Source: the human T2T-CHM13v2.0 reference genome, Homo sapiens. Taken from it: a stretch of 64,000 nt of DNA. Both the position numbers and the translations under genes were made by a program. The DNA lies in NCBI RefSeq assembly GCF_009914755.1, contig NC_060934.1. The stretch is one strand, 5' to 3'. Below are positions 32,520-49,001 of this stretch, in pieces (within the stretch, counting starts at the first letter, position 1; every line of letters begins with the position of its first letter). The notes beneath the pieces are model-generated. The model was not told the DNA's origin and did no database searches. It saw only the letters and a list, made by a program, of their open reading frames with translations.

Positions 32520-32750
32520 GCCATGATGCACACTTACTATATGATGCACAGTGTTGTGAATGCTATTCATGTGTTTAATAATTTAATCCACAAAACAATA
32601 CTATAAATGAAATACTATTATTATCTCTATTTTGCCCGTGAGAAAACTGAAGAATAGACAGGTCAAGTAATTTTGCCCCAAGCAACACAATAAGTAATTG
32701 ATGGGGCTAATATTTCATTCTAGAAATCTGACTGTGGAATGCACACTAAT
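32520..32750 (-). mobile_element. MIR
   Basis: atttaatccacaaaacaatac...tgagaaaactgaag...gcccca. Confidence 0.65.
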
Positions 32751-34103
32751 AAAAAAATTATTTCAGGCAGAGTTTGCCAGAGATTAAATCAGCTTCTGAA
32801 CAAAGAGGGAGTTATTTGCACCTAACATTTTCAGGTGGAAGCGAGGTTGAACACTTGATGAAGGGCATGCAGGTACTGGATGAGTATTTGAGAAAGATAA
32901 CCCCTAGGACTCTCTCTGATCCTGACATGTTTCCGTTCTATATAAGCTACTCCAAGAGCAAATCAACTTTGCCAGATTAGATGTTCAAAAATAATGTTGG
33001 ACTGAACCATAGTCATGCTCTTTCATTTTTAGTAAATATGTACTTGGATCTGCTTGCACAGAACGGTCTTCATTTCTTGTTTTTACCCCTAGAGTCTAAT
33101 AGAGACCCTGTTCATTGTGTAAGTGCTCAAAACATGCTTGTCATTATTCTTACCTCTGCAACCACCAGCAAATCCACTCTTACTAGACAATGTAGTAAAT
33201 TGAAAGGAACATTAGAATTGGAGCCCAAAATCTTTGGTTGTAGCCTGAACACATCAGGTGCTAGGAATGTGACCAGGCCCAAGTAACACAAATTTCTTCA
33301 TCTTCGCTTTTTCTGTTTGTAAAATGTAGGTAACAATGATGTCTATCGAACCAAGGTAATATTCTAGGGCCTAGAATCTCACTCTTAGAAATCCTTACAA
33401 CTGTAAAGAAAGTTCAGTTGAGTTTTAAACATTATCCCTTAACTCCAAATATTGCTAGCAATTGCAAGTATCCAATATTACCTTTTTGAAGACTTAAAAG
33501 TGTTTCATCATCCTTTGTTAGTTTCAGTTAAGCTATTTTTTGTTTGTTCCTTTAGAAGCTTAAAGGGAATAGAACAAACATGGGGAAAAAATAACTGTAC
33601 CCATCTTTCCAAAATAAATACTAGGTTTTGATCTACAAAATAAAAACACAAAAAACTTTTTCCTTCACCATCTTTTTTTTTTAGTGGAAGTTAAACATAA
33701 TGTATTTTACAATTAAAAGTGTTTTCCACTGTTTTTGCTGAGAGGAACCAGAGCTACTGGCGAATGACAACACCACTAAAGCTTTGAGCCTCAACAAGAT
33801 AAATCCTGGTTCACCACTTGCTGTCAAGCCCAAGTAAGGAGATAAAGGTGACAATAAACAGGCACCAGGAAAATGTGTATTGCTTCCAGGGAAAGGTTGT
33901 ACTTGTTAATATTTCCTCAGGGCTTTGTTCAGTTTGCTGTCTTTTTCTAAATCATCCTTGGAAACGTGGATTCAAAACAGATCTTCCAAAAATGGGTGTA
34001 GTGGAGTTGGAAACAAATTTTGTAATTCTGAGTTCTCTTCATCTGTTCTGTTGACTGAAAAAGGGAAGTAGAAAAGATATACCCATTAGTCCTGCAGAAA
34101 ATC

Positions 34104-34478
34104 TTTCTGAATCATTTCAGGCTGCCATAACAAAATACCATAGACTATCTGGCTTAAACAACAGTTTATTTGCTCACAGTTCTGGAGGCTAGAGGTAGCA
34201 GATCAGAGCACCAGCTCCATTGAACCCCAGTGAGGGCTTTCATCCTGTCTTATAGATGGCCCCTTTCTCTCTCTGTCTTCACTTGGTGAGGAGAGAGTAA
34301 GAGAGTAAGCTCTCTGGTGTCTCTTTTTATAATGGCACTAATCCCATCATGGGTTCCCACCCTTATGACCTCAACTAAACCTAAGTACTACCCAAAGGCC
34401 CTATCTCCAAATACCATCACAATAGGAATTAGGGCTTCAGCATATGAATTTAGGAGGGACACAATTGAGTACACAGCA
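34104..34478 (-). mobile_element. MLT1A0-type MaLR LTR
   Basis: ggctgccataacaaaataccatagact..ggcttaaacaacag..ctcacagttctggaggct..gggcttcagcatatgaattt. Confidence 0.85.
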
Positions 34479-35106
34479 GCATCATTGCTGAATGAGAAGG
34501 CACAGCTATGGTTTCACTTTCTTGGTATATAACAAAGAGATACATATAAGGCTTTCTAGCTTCTGTATTCTATTCTGTATTGTACATCAAGGCTTGGTGA
34601 CTCACTGGGTTTTGAGAGTCCTATTAGAAAAAAAATGAAGATGCCTTTATTTAATAATAACAGTCAAATCTGAGAGGTGGAAGTTTGAGTGCCCTGGATT
34701 GAAAAGCCTATATCTGATTTCTGGAAAGGGGATTTATTTTTCTTTCCAGGGAATGTTTTATTTGAGTTTGCTTCTCTAATATTCATGGACAGTCTAGAAA
34801 TTAGCCAAAGTTCATTTCTTTAAAAAGTAGCACAATATTTTAGAATCAATATGGATTTCAGAGTTATAAAGAACTTGCTTTGAATTGCACTTTTGTTGCT
34901 TCCTAGATTTATGCCTTTTAAACAAAGTTCTTAACCTCTCAACACATCGTATCATCTATGAATTAATGATACCACCTAAGAGTGTCAATGTGTGGATTTA
35001 ATGACATTAGAAAAACAAAAGACTAAGTAGAGTCCCTGGAATGTAGTAGATGATTAACAATTTAATTTCTCTTCTCCACTATCTTCCTGCAAAGATGCCC
35101 TTCTAG

Positions 35107-35411
<305 letters not shown>

Positions 35412-35504
35412 CCAAGATTTTTTATAGGAATAGTTTGTGAGAATTGTTATTTTAATTGATCTCCAGGTTGATGTTCTTTCCACAAATATTGTTGAGACAA
35501 TTAG

Positions 35505-35985
35505 GTATATTTTTAGCCAGAAGTAACAGATATTCAAACTAACAAAGGCTTAAACAAATAGGGTTTTACATTTCTAATGAAACAAGAAATCTGGATATAA
35601 ACAGTCTGAGGCTAGTGGAGGGACTCCTTATAAACACCCAAACTCTGTTTACCTTTCTACTCTACTCTTCACAATATATTGGCTAATTGTCTTATATTCA
35701 CAAATTAGCTTTCCTAGCAGTAGGCATCGCTTCCATGTTTAAGGCAAGAAAAAGATGGAAAGAGACACTGTCATTTGTGTCTGCTCCTGTTATCAGATAC
35801 ACAGGAGACTTCCAGAAACTCCATAATCAGTAGTTGCTTATGTATCACTAACTAAACTGTCATGTGGCCCTCTCTAGCTGCAGGAGATGTTGATAAAGCA
35901 GTAGTGAGATTTTTCAGCCTCCAAAGTGTGAGCCGGCGAGGGATAAGTGATTCAGAATGCCTGTAACTATAGCCAATGGATAGTG
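35505..35985 (-). mobile_element. Old MLT1 (J/K-type) LTR
   Basis: aagtaacaga..aactaacaaaggcttaaacaaataggg..tgtcatgtggccctctctagctgcaggag. Confidence 0.6.
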
Positions 35986-36609
35986 TTATATATATTTGGA
36001 AAACACTACTTATTCAATTCAGTTCAATGAACACTAACTGTGGATCTACTAAGTGTCAGACATTGTACTAGCTGTTGAGGCAACTGAGAAAAAAACCAAA
36101 ACAAAATATAGTCCCTCTTCTCCAAGAACTTAGTCACATGAGAAAGAGAGAGAAATAACAACATAGTTAAACTCTACTGAAAGAAATATTCGCAGGGCAA
36201 CAATTCTGAACTCTAGATGAACCACTTTCAAAGGTCATTTTGGTGTAACCAAGGTCATTCTGCACTGTTCATTGGCATCATGCTGCTAGTTCCTTCCAAG
36301 AGTGAGCAGGATGATGACAATCTACCTTTATCATGATGATCATGGAACATCGTCTGTATAAGCAAGGATTCAGTTCTGTTTCCAAGTTGGGATTTGTTTG
36401 TTTAATTGTATTTCATGTCTTGGGAAATGTTTAAATCAGGTCGAAGAATTGTAGTAAGTCAAATATCTAGAACAAAAAAAGTCTCATATGGTTTTTAATA
36501 AACACACTGAGCTCCTTTGTGTCTCAGATAGTTAACAGAAAAAAGTTACTCTAACAGGTCATAGTTGGACACATTGCCATAGTTTGGATCCTATATGTTC
36601 TCTTTGCCA

Positions 36610-36816
36610 TAAGGCAAACTTTGTAAAAGGCTAGATAGTTTGGCTTTCCAAGACATATGGTCTCTGTGACAGTTACTCAACTCTGTCATTGCAATGCAAG
36701 CACACCACAGACAATATGAAGACAAATGATTATGGCCATGTTCTAATAAAACTTTATTTACAAAAATAGGTGGCAATCAAAATTTGGCTCATGAATCGTA
36801 GTTTACTGATCTCTGC
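36610..36816. mobile_element. MER58A hAT MITE
   Basis: ggcaaactttgtaaaaggc..tactcaactctg..ttctaataaaactttatttacaaaaataggtggc..tagtttactgatctctg. Confidence 0.85.
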
Positions 36817-39800
36817 CATAATGGTATGAAAAATCTTGACACTCTTTTGATTACATAATAGTAGATGTAGTCATGAACTATAGTAATGTATTTAAGGATG
36901 TTTAAGCCAGCTGAATATCATTTGCCATCACTCTGTAAGTTAAATTTGTTCTTTATCCCCAGCTCTCTAAGGAGGATGTATGTGATAATGCACATGCCAA
37001 GAAAACTTCTCTTTAAAAGAGCCCTGACGTGCATACTTGTGTTCTCTCCAATTATTTTAACAGGAAAAATATAGATATAGCCTACATATTTTATGCCCAA
37101 AGCATTAATAAGATACTTTCTTTAACTTTTTGGGGTTCCAGTTGCCTCTTGTGTGTTGTATCATATGTAACACATAGGAGATGATACATTCTCGTTTTCA
37201 GTACTGTCACAGAAATAGCAACGTTGAAAACTCTAGAAACTTAGTGTGGCTCAAAGACAAGAGAAGAATATATGCAGGGCCCTAAATAGCAGGAGTCATC
37301 AAACCTGAGGGTGAAGGTCAAAATGAGAGGAAAAGGGTTAATGATGAAACAAGGTCAAGCAAAAGGGACGTTTATGCAATGCAGGTGGCCAAAGTTATAC
37401 CTGTCCTAGCAGGTCCCACCTGAAGGGCTGCAGAGCTACTGCCTAAGAAGGCATGGTGGCAGGTGATTTTCTGAGGCTAAAAGTGGGAGCTTGGGAGCCA
37501 GCCTGTGCTGTGTGGCCATAAAAGAGATGGGTTTTGTGTGTGACCTAAAAAGTGACTTCTGAAGCTAATGTTCTGTGAAGTCTGCAGCTGTGATGGCTAT
37601 CTTGGGCCATCATCTCAGGATGAAGCCTGGTTCCTCACAGCCAGCCACACTCTGAACAGACATGGTCACCTCCCTGCTTCTGTGAGCTGCCTTTTGGTCC
37701 ATGAACTCCATCTGTGGCTATTGTCAATGTGCTCCAAGAAGAAAAGAAATCAACCCTAGGGCCTGACTCTGAATTGCCAGCCTGAAGGACTTGCCTTCTT
37801 TTATGGGCCATGGAAAATTGCCCTGTTGTCTGAGCTTTTACCCTCTTATTTATCTTAGAGTTAAAGACATAGCCATATTTCTTCTCTCAGGTCACTTGGG
37901 ACTTCGAGTCTGTTCAGAAAAAGGCTGAAATTGAATACACCACAGAATAATCTACTTGGAAAGTGCCAAGTAATTTTCATAACACTGTGAAGCATATGGC
38001 AGATCCTAAGATACCCAAGATAAGATGATAGAATGGAAGCACAAGAGGGTACATGACTTTTATAAGGAACCACAGTGGTAAATCTGGGACTCAAATTTAG
38101 GGCTTTTGATGCTAGCAATTGTAGTGGTTTTTATCACACTATTCCATCAGGATGGTTTTCTCAATTCCATGCAATAAAATGTTAAGCTATATTTTAAATA
38201 ACTGAATAAATAATGTAAAAATGATAAATAGCAACAAACCATATACAATATATTTAAATAATTTTATTTAATATTTTTGATAATCTATTTTTAAGGAGGA
38301 CTTCCTTTTCCTGTCTCAGATACAGTGTTAGATATATTTGATAAATAATGGCATTTACTCTTCAACATCACAATAGGTATCATTATTGTCATCACTGGAA
38401 AAAGAAAGAAACTGACATTTAAAGAGACTAAGTTACCATAGCTGGTAAGAGGGCAAACCATTTTGCCTCATTCAATGGATCTACATCATTGCTCTTTTCC
38501 AATATCTGTCTTAGGTAATATTTCTATACATTTTGCAAGATCTTTCAAATTTCAGTATGAAATTTATTTTCAAATCCTTGGTGGACTGTGTTCAATGAAT
38601 ATAATTGCAATCAAACTGAGGAGAAGGGAATCGATTGCAAATATTGAAGCCACAGTTGGGTTCACACTTTAAGGCTGCCCAAGCAGTGAAGAGAAACTTC
38701 ACTGACAATTAGCAATGATGGACAGCTCCATATTGTGCTGTGAGGAGTCTACAAACATGGAATAATTCAGTCATGAATGTAGCCAGAGTAAGGCCTAGAG
38801 AGACAAAGGGCTGTCTATCGTTCCAGCCTGATATCATTGAGAAGTAAGCCTCCTTCTAAACTTAGTTATTTACTTTTATTACATCCTGAGGTCAGGCACC
38901 TTGCAGGACAACTGCATCTGATCCATTGCTAACATTAATCTGGGGGAAACAGATAAACAGCTGTTCTGTAGTGGTAATAGGGAAGATAAAGGGTACTGTG
39001 TAAACACGCCATCTGCCTGTAACTAAGCCTGTCTCCCGTCACCTAACCTTTGTGTTCTTGTTCTTTCAAAAATGGTTTTCCTAAGAGAAGTCAAATTCCA
39101 GATAAGTCTATACAAATTTTATAAAAGTCTTATAGAAATAAAACCTAGGCAAGATAATGAGTGTGGTATTATATTCTGTGGGAATTATATATATCGATAA
39201 TGAGTTGAAAGGTGTTGAAGCTTATTAAGAGGGGGAATGGACTCTAAGACTCAAGCATGCTTAGATTTGACCCTAAGTCCAGCTATTTACTTCTTCCATG
39301 ACTGTGGGAAAATTATTCTTTCTTTGTAACTTTTAAGAAATTTTGTTAAATGGAAGCAATATTTTCAACCCTAAAAGATTTCTGTAAGGCCTCACTAAGC
39401 AAATGAATGTAAAGTACCAGCTAGTATAGTACCAAGAGCACAAATGTGTTCCAGTAAATGTGAGACATCATTATACCCAATAACAAATGGCCTTTCTTGT
39501 ATGAGGCCAATGGGAAGGCAAGCATTATGGTAACGCTTTTGGAAAATGGTTTCCCAACATATTTCAGGAAACTAAAAGGCATCTTCTATATCCCAGTAAT
39601 TCAGTTTCTAGGAATCTTACTTTACAGAAATCTCACCGTACTACTTTCCCACATAAAATACCTTAATAGTTCTATACTACCCTTGGGGTTAAAGTCAGTA
39701 TCTCAAATAAAGTCTTAAACTTGTCCTTTATAATCTTTGTGCTTGTTAATCTTCAACCTCAACATTCTCATTGCTCATTTTGAGTATCTCAAGATAATAA

Positions 39801-39899
39801 ATATATTTGAGATCCCCAAAGGAATCATGCACACCATTCTAACTATATTAACTAGTTTTTCCTTTTCTTTTTTACTCCCATTTTTTATTTTTATCCTTT

Positions 39900-40155
39900 A
39901 AAATCACTTACTCCAGGAAGCCTTATCATAAACTTTACATCTGGGTTATCTGCCCTCCTTTGTACTCCTAAAGACTCCTCTATGCTTCTAATCTGACATT
40001 TTCATCCCAGAGACTGTTCATTCGTTAATGTCCAACACAGAATGTAAGCTCCACGTCAACAGGAAGACGGCTCTTTGGCTTTTCATTGTATCTCCAACAC
40101 CTAAAATATCCATGAGTATAATAGATGGCCCATGCTTGTTTGTTGAAGGAATATA
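39900..40155 (+). mobile_element. L2 3' end
   Basis: agaatgtaagctccacg..cattgtatctccaacaccta..tgtttgttgaaggaata. Confidence 0.65.
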
Positions 40156-43100
40156 GGAAATAAATCCAGAAAAACAAGAAAGGAGCTGTGGCCACTAAGA
40201 CACTCACCACTGTGTTAATTAAAGGAGTAAAAAATTAGAACCAAATATCACCAAATTTTCCAAATAGAGAATGGGTTAAACAGTGATTTTCCATGTGATG
40301 AAATCTAAAGCCAGTGCATTTTATATACAAAGATTTTATAATAGCAAATGAAAATGATATAATCTATTATCAAGTTTAAAGAAAAAGCAAACTTATACAT
40401 TTAATTAACTCAATTATGGGAAAAAACCCCTGTTATTATAGAAGAAATATACTGGAGGAAATATTCCAAAATATTAGTGGATCTTCTCTCTGGGTAGTGA
40501 GATTATGAATGATTTTTATTTTTAAAATATTATAAATATTATCCTACATTGTCCAAATGTTCTAAATGAGTTTGTATTTTTCTTCATTACTATTTAACAA
40601 AATTGTATTTAAAACAATACAAAATATTCAACACTGACAATGGAAAAGTTCGCCAGGGCAGGCTGGTGAGAGACTGAAATTGTGAGCTGGCGGCAGAAGC
40701 TGGTCAGCAGCAGCATGGATTAGTGTTTTTATTTATAAAGCTGCAATTTCTCCAAGCAAGACAGGCACATCCACCTGCTGATTTATACCCCTTGTCAAGG
40801 GAAGCCAAAGAACGGTAATTCTCTGATGGTAAGCCTTCCTTTGGGATGATGTTCAGTCACTTCACTCCCCAAATGCTTGATCAATTATATACTACCTGTT
40901 GATACTCTAGGAAACATTTAAAATAACTGTCTTTCATGCAGGAGAACCCCGCAAATCCAGTGATAGATACACTTTCTTTCCAGGTTCAAAAACACTCTTA
41001 ACTGCACATGAGCCTTGACTTTTTGGCTTTGAGTCAAAACACTTCCCGGGGGAACCATACAGCTGAAAGCGATAGACTGAGTCCCTGCATGTTGTCTCGA
41101 CCCATGTGATTACGGCAGGACACAAAACCTCGCTTGGCCTAAAATTGTCCATTTGTAAAATGGAAATAAGGGATTACATTGTACAACAATTTATTATTTG
41201 ACCCATATGTGATATTAATTGTGAAAACATTTTGTAAATTTTAATTATTACTCAAATAGTCTACTTGCTGAGGAAGAGATTATCTTCTCATTTTTTTTTC
41301 AATCTGGCTCTAATCCTAACTAATCCATACAGTCCCTGAAAGCAAAACATCAGTCTTTTATATCTTAAGTGCCTAACACAGTGTCTGATGCATGAATAGT
41401 GTTCATAAAGTTCTCATTAAATTGATTCTGGATTGCCGTCAACCATTCAATGGCATAAACACCAAGTAATTATTTAATTCTTATTATAAACCAGTCACTG
41501 TACAAATTCCAAGGTAAATAAAAGTAGATTCTGCCCTCACAGCCTATAGACCATCAAATCAATTGATATTGAACAAATGTATACAAATGCGATATGGGTT
41601 ACATGAAGACTTGCATGGGCATTTACCTTAGATTTGATTGCAGGCAGCCAGGCAATGGTTTCCTATGCAGACGGTTTTGAAATGTAATCTTTAATGATGA
41701 AAAGGAGTTAAAGCAGAGGAGCTTACATTCGAATAGGTTATTAGGTGTGGAAATAGCTTTTGGGGCAATGGTACATTTGAAAGCCCTGTTATGAAGTTCC
41801 ATCACTAGCATTTTCAAGTAGTCAACTAGACTGTGAGCTTCTCAACAACAGAGACCATATTCTTTTTGTCTTTGTGTTTCTAATATGTTGGACAGTGACA
41901 GCACACTATAGTAGAACTTTTATAACTGCTTATTGAATGTGTTAGCAGTTTCATCTGGACACTCAAATACCCTTTCTGTCTTAAAAGGAAATCATAGTAT
42001 CTGGATCTGGGTATCTTACCACATTCAACCTTGAACGTTCTTTTTGCTAAAAATCTGACTGAAACAACTAACATTAGGTTAAAGTAGCCCAGGGGCATGC
42101 AATTCACCCCTTCTTCTATATATTTTTCTGGGCAGAAATTAAGATATATAATCTACCTGGAGCATATTTCCATAGTCAACCAACAAAATCTTCTGTCTGG
42201 AGATTTGAGTGCAAGGTCCTTGGCCTTTTATAAATGATCACTTTTCTTCCAGTAGTTGTTTTAGGCATTGTTGTTCCTATTCACCTCTCCACTCCTGCCA
42301 TGACATTTTCATACTACAGATATCTTGTATATTCGTTTATGTATTTGGGGCCTATTGGAAGGCACAAACCATTGCAATATCTAAGATTTATTTATAGGCT
42401 CAAAAAAAAAAAAACACAACAACTATTTTTTCCCAATGGGAGACATACTACTTCCACTGAAAATGTATGCTAACACCAAAACCACACTATTTCTGTTACA
42501 CTCCATTTTTAAATTTGGATTTGGGCTTTCCCTTGTTAAGACAGTATGATGGTATTTACTATAATGGCTGGTGGATTCAGACCTGAAACCAACCCCAGTT
42601 CTATAATTTTTACCCTGGGCAATACATTTAACCTCTCTCCATTTCCTCAGGCTTCTCGTTTGACAAATGGAGGTAATGATACTTAACAGAAAGAACTGTA
42701 GTGAGCATTAGATAAGATAATGCTTATAAATTGCTCCCTATAGCAAGTTCTCAGAAAAATTTTAGTGGTTTGTTGTTATCAGGAAAACATTCTAAGTGGG
42801 AGAAATAAATGAACAAAGAGAGAGTTGACAGTGGGTTTTGGTGTGACCCATTACTGAGAGGTGACTGACTCATGTTGGAAAACAGTGAGAAGGAAAAGGT
42901 CAAGGAACCTCAAAACATACAGGCCTTAAAATTTAAAGTCAGAACCTGTTGGAGGAACAAGCCTCCTATTCTACTATATTAGCTGTAAAATTTACTAGCT
43001 GTGTGACCTGGGAAATTCACTTAAACAGGGGAAATAGTACTGAGCAAATAGGATATTTGTGAGGACTTAACGAATTAATTTCATTAAGTTACAAAGCATA

Positions 43101-46002
43101 TCTGTATGTGGTTGCTGGTAGTTTGCTTTGGCAAGTAAAGCCATTGAGTTGCAAATTGGTTTAAGCCTTGGTAAAAGATCATCCTGGGGAGGCATATAGG
43201 ATGGTTCACAATTTTCAATTCCTAGGTCTCTAGGGTTATAATTGGAAGAAAAAGGTAATAATTGAATACCTCTAAGCTATTATCACTATTTCAAAAAGTC
43301 TAGCAGAAATTAGGCACGTCTCTAAAATAAGCAAATTCTGGAAATGTTTTACATTAGAAAATATTGGTTGTCGTATCTATACTAGGATTACAGATCAGCA
43401 GTTCTTTCTAGCTGTGATCAGTAAAGACTAGGAAATGAAGCATTTTAGAGCAAGGCTAGATTTTGGAGGCAGAAAATAGAAGTAAGTTAGTATCTCAGAG
43501 TGTATCCATGAAAAGGTGACCTAACCTTTTTGCATCTATAAAATGGGGACAAGAATATCTACTATGAAAGATTCTTGTCAGGAAACAATGAGATAATCTA
43601 TATAAAATGCCTAGCAAAATGACATGAAAAATTGTCTCTAAATTTCATTCTCTCCCATTCATTGATAAATGCAAGTTTAATATAATATTTCAAAATACAA
43701 GGTCATATGAGAGAGAGAGAAAGAGAGAGAGAGAGCCAACATAAAGAATGCTCTGTGCTGAAAAGCAAAAACAGATTGTTGGTGTGCATTGCAGCCAGGA
43801 AGAAACTGTAAATAATAATGCAGGAGATAGGAGACTAGTGACTTGTGCTACATAAGGAGAGGTCTGGATGGAGAGGTAACCCCTGTATGAGGAGAATTTA
43901 GGTGGAAGTAAAATCAGAGTTTTCAGCACCATCTGACCTTGATAGGCCTGGAGTTGAGTTGGATTTTGAACCCAGATGGTATCTGGCTCCAAAACATCTA
44001 CTAAGCAACCACACAGGTTCCCCCATGTTCTATAAAAACCAGAAAGAAATTCCTTGTAAGTTTATATCTTAACACAATTCTTCCAAGAAAGCCTCACTAA
44101 CAACATTGTAAGTGGTGTTTGTTCTGTTAATCTTTGTTGAATGAATGATTGGATAAGGGAATTAATTGGGGCATGGATAAATGGAAGAATGGATGAGTAG
44201 CTGGGTGGCTGGCTGGCTAGCTGGACGAATACATGCCAGTAAGTGGCTAAACTACTTCATGCAGAAGGTGCAGCTATGCCAAAAATAGATTACAAAGGAA
44301 GTAAAATGCATAATCTCTGTTATTGAGCAAGATCAATAAAATTGGTCACCTGAAACAACTCTAGAAAGACCAAGTCATTGTGAGAATCTGGTGTAGATGG
44401 TAGAAACACTGATTCACACACGATTCATCCTGGAAGTGTCCTCAAGAGTCTAGCCTTCTTAATTTATAGAAGAAGATACCCAGGAGGCAGTGACATGCAG
44501 AGAGCTGCACAGTTAATATGTGACAGAACTAATGAAACCTAGTTCTCAAGACAATTACCTGTGCAGTGCACTTTTGGTTATACCTTTTCTATAAAATAGT
44601 TCCAAACATCAAGGCAACTATTGTTATTTTTTATTGCAGTCTCTTAGAGAAATAAAGTACTATTAGCCAAGGAGATTCAGGCTTTCTAAAGAGATGGCTC
44701 CTTTTGGATGAGCATGCTATACTCCCAGATAGGATTCAGACTCAGAAACTGAATGCAGGTTAAAGAAATGTTATTGTTTTTCTTATTTATAAAGTTATAC
44801 TTGAATCAACCCAGACTAGAGAATATACTTGCCACATATAAATCTTTTCCTGTTAAATGGAAGAACTAGTCTAGGATTTATACACATTCTTTAGGGATCA
44901 CAGCTAGTCACAGTTTTTGAAAGTATGTGATTGATTATCAAACATACATGAAAATCCTGAAACATTCAAAACTTATGGACATGGCACAGGAAAGAATATA
45001 TAAACAGAGGGACAGGTTTACAAATCATGCAATAAATCTGAAATAAAGGGATTTCATTTTCCCAACCTTATTTTACACTTGAGATATAAGCGATTTATGT
45101 TATAAATCAGAACTCTAAAGTTCTGCCATCACAATAAAGTTTATAAATAACAACTCTTAAATTTTACTTACAGCTTTGTTTTATGAATTCTACCTTTTAT
45201 AATTTTGATTCTTTCTCAGAATAAATTTTGTCATGAAGTTCCAACTTATAAATGATGGTGATTGCAAGGACTATATTTATTATGTTATCATTATTAGGGA
45301 ATTACTGATAACCAAACTTTTTAGTAGGTTAAATTCTCGCATACTATATGTGAGTGAGAAAATATATACCTTACCGACTAAAAAGGGGATATGAAATGTG
45401 ATATGGTATTTAATAACCACTGAGCTACCTCAGCTTTCATAATGAGAAATCTCTCTGGAGACATTGATAGTTTAAACGGGCACAGGAAGAGACAAGTGAA
45501 GTTTACTTCTGCTACCTCCCCCATGGGAGGGAGTACCCCTAGACAGTGATACTTTCCACCCCCCATGCCTGAGAACAGAGCCTTGACTGACCAGATGGTA
45601 ATATTTCATAGCAATCTCTAACATTAGCCTTACAGATGTGTAACAGCACAGCAATATCGTTCCACTATCCACAAGTAAGGTGTATTTTGTTTATCTTTCT
45701 TTTTCCTTTTAAACATCAGAGAACTATGACTAAATAGAGTTCTTCAGTGAATGGTCATTATCATGGCTATCTTTTCCCAAGCATCTATTATGAGACAAAC
45801 ACTGTGCTTGATATTTTCATGCATTATATTTTTTAATCCTCTTCACAATACCATGAATTAAGTTGCTGCAGCCCAGGAAGCTGGAGATCTGAAAATGTGC
45901 CCATCTTGCCTGTGTGTAGCGAGCCAATTTCTTGGAAAAGGAAGAGGTTTCTTGGAATTGCACAGGATGCTTCTTGGCATTCTCACATCTCAAGGGCTTT
46001 CA

Positions 46003-46318
46003 GGAGGGGTTTTAAACACAAATACTTACAGGGGCCATGTGCGTTGCATAACTGAGTGATTTCTATCAGGTACATGCTCTACCTAAAGGGCTCAGACAGT
46101 GCTCTACACCATCCGGTTGCTATCTGTGGAAATAGGAGCTCAGAAGTTCCAGAACAGATGTTTCAAAAAAGGTTACAAACCCAGTCTTTTCCATGGAAAC
46201 ATAATTTTTTAAATGATAACTCATGGTTTTGGATTTCAATTTTTTTGTAAACACTGTGCTGACCACAAAATACTTAAAATCAGGTTTTGCACAAAATCTG
46301 CTGCTTTGAGACATCTGA
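46003..46318. mobile_element. MER102-like hAT MITE
   Basis: ggggttttaaacacaaatacttacaggggcc ... taaacactgtgctgaccac ... tttgagacatctg. Confidence 0.6.
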
Positions 46319-47370
46319 TACAGATATTACAAACTTTAGGATAATCTGTTTATGTGTAGATACTCATTTATTTACTTAATGTTGGAGGGTGTGGGTGTGA
46401 TGATTCTTTCTGAGTATGTGGGGGATTTATCTGTGTTCCTAGTATGTGGAGTTAACTCAATCACCATACCTCAGGAATTAATTTATATCTCAGCATTGTT
46501 TACACTATTCCCAATGGAATCGATAAATTGATTTCTTCTGTTTTCTCACTCTTATCAATCTTATCAATGCTGTCATCCATCATTGTGAGTTTTCTCTGTG
46601 GACGCTGTTGCTACCATGTAGTTTTTCTGGGTCAATTTTGGTAAGTCTAAATTTTACCTGTGCATTTTTAGCAAATGTCAAATTTCCTTTGTGTGAATTA
46701 TTTCTCCTAGTAATATTATTTATGTTAATTAATTTATTAATCGAATCAGTCCTGCTCATTTGTATTTATGAATGAGCAAACCCCAAAAAGCATGGTGATT
46801 GTCTCTCCTAGGATAATCCAGGGTTGTTTCATATTCTAGGAATTAAATATCTCTGGTAACTTTGCATATTTTGGCCTGGCCATTCATACAAAAGGTAGGC
46901 AGGATTTATTAGAGCAAGGAGAGTTCAAAGTTAGTGAAACTGACTTATCTATGTAGGTTTAAACATTCAGATATATTTCATTCTGCTCCCTGGGAAATGT
47001 AATAAAACTTTCACTTTCAAAAGACTTGCTGAATGAGGAATGTAAAGTAATGCTCATTTAACAAGCATGACGAATAAAAGTCATGAAGAATCTGACAGAA
47101 ATTGGTAATTGATTCTGTCCTATAATCTATTATTGCCTCTTCTTAGAATAAGATTATATATTTTTAAATAAAGTCCATCTTGTTCATCAGCGTTACTGAA
47201 ACATTGTCTGTAATAACTGCATCACCCTTTAAGAGATAATGCCCATTTGATTTAGCACTAATTCACTTTCACCTCCTCTTAACCCTGTATATTTAACCTT
47301 TTTTCTTTTAGTCTTGAGAAGCTTGGTGTCTTAACATGATCATATTTACTAGAAGAAAAAGTTACCTTTC

Positions 47371-48898
<1,528 letters not shown>

Positions 48899-48958
48899 AA
48901 AAAATTACGTTTCTTGGAATTTATTTAATGTTTATGTTTTAAAGAGAAAATATAACCT

Positions 48959-48960
<2 letters not shown>

Positions 48961-48999
<39 letters not shown>
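48961..48999 (+). repeat. T39 mononucleotide run
   Basis: Counted directly. Confidence 0.95.
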
Positions 49000-49001
<2 letters not shown>

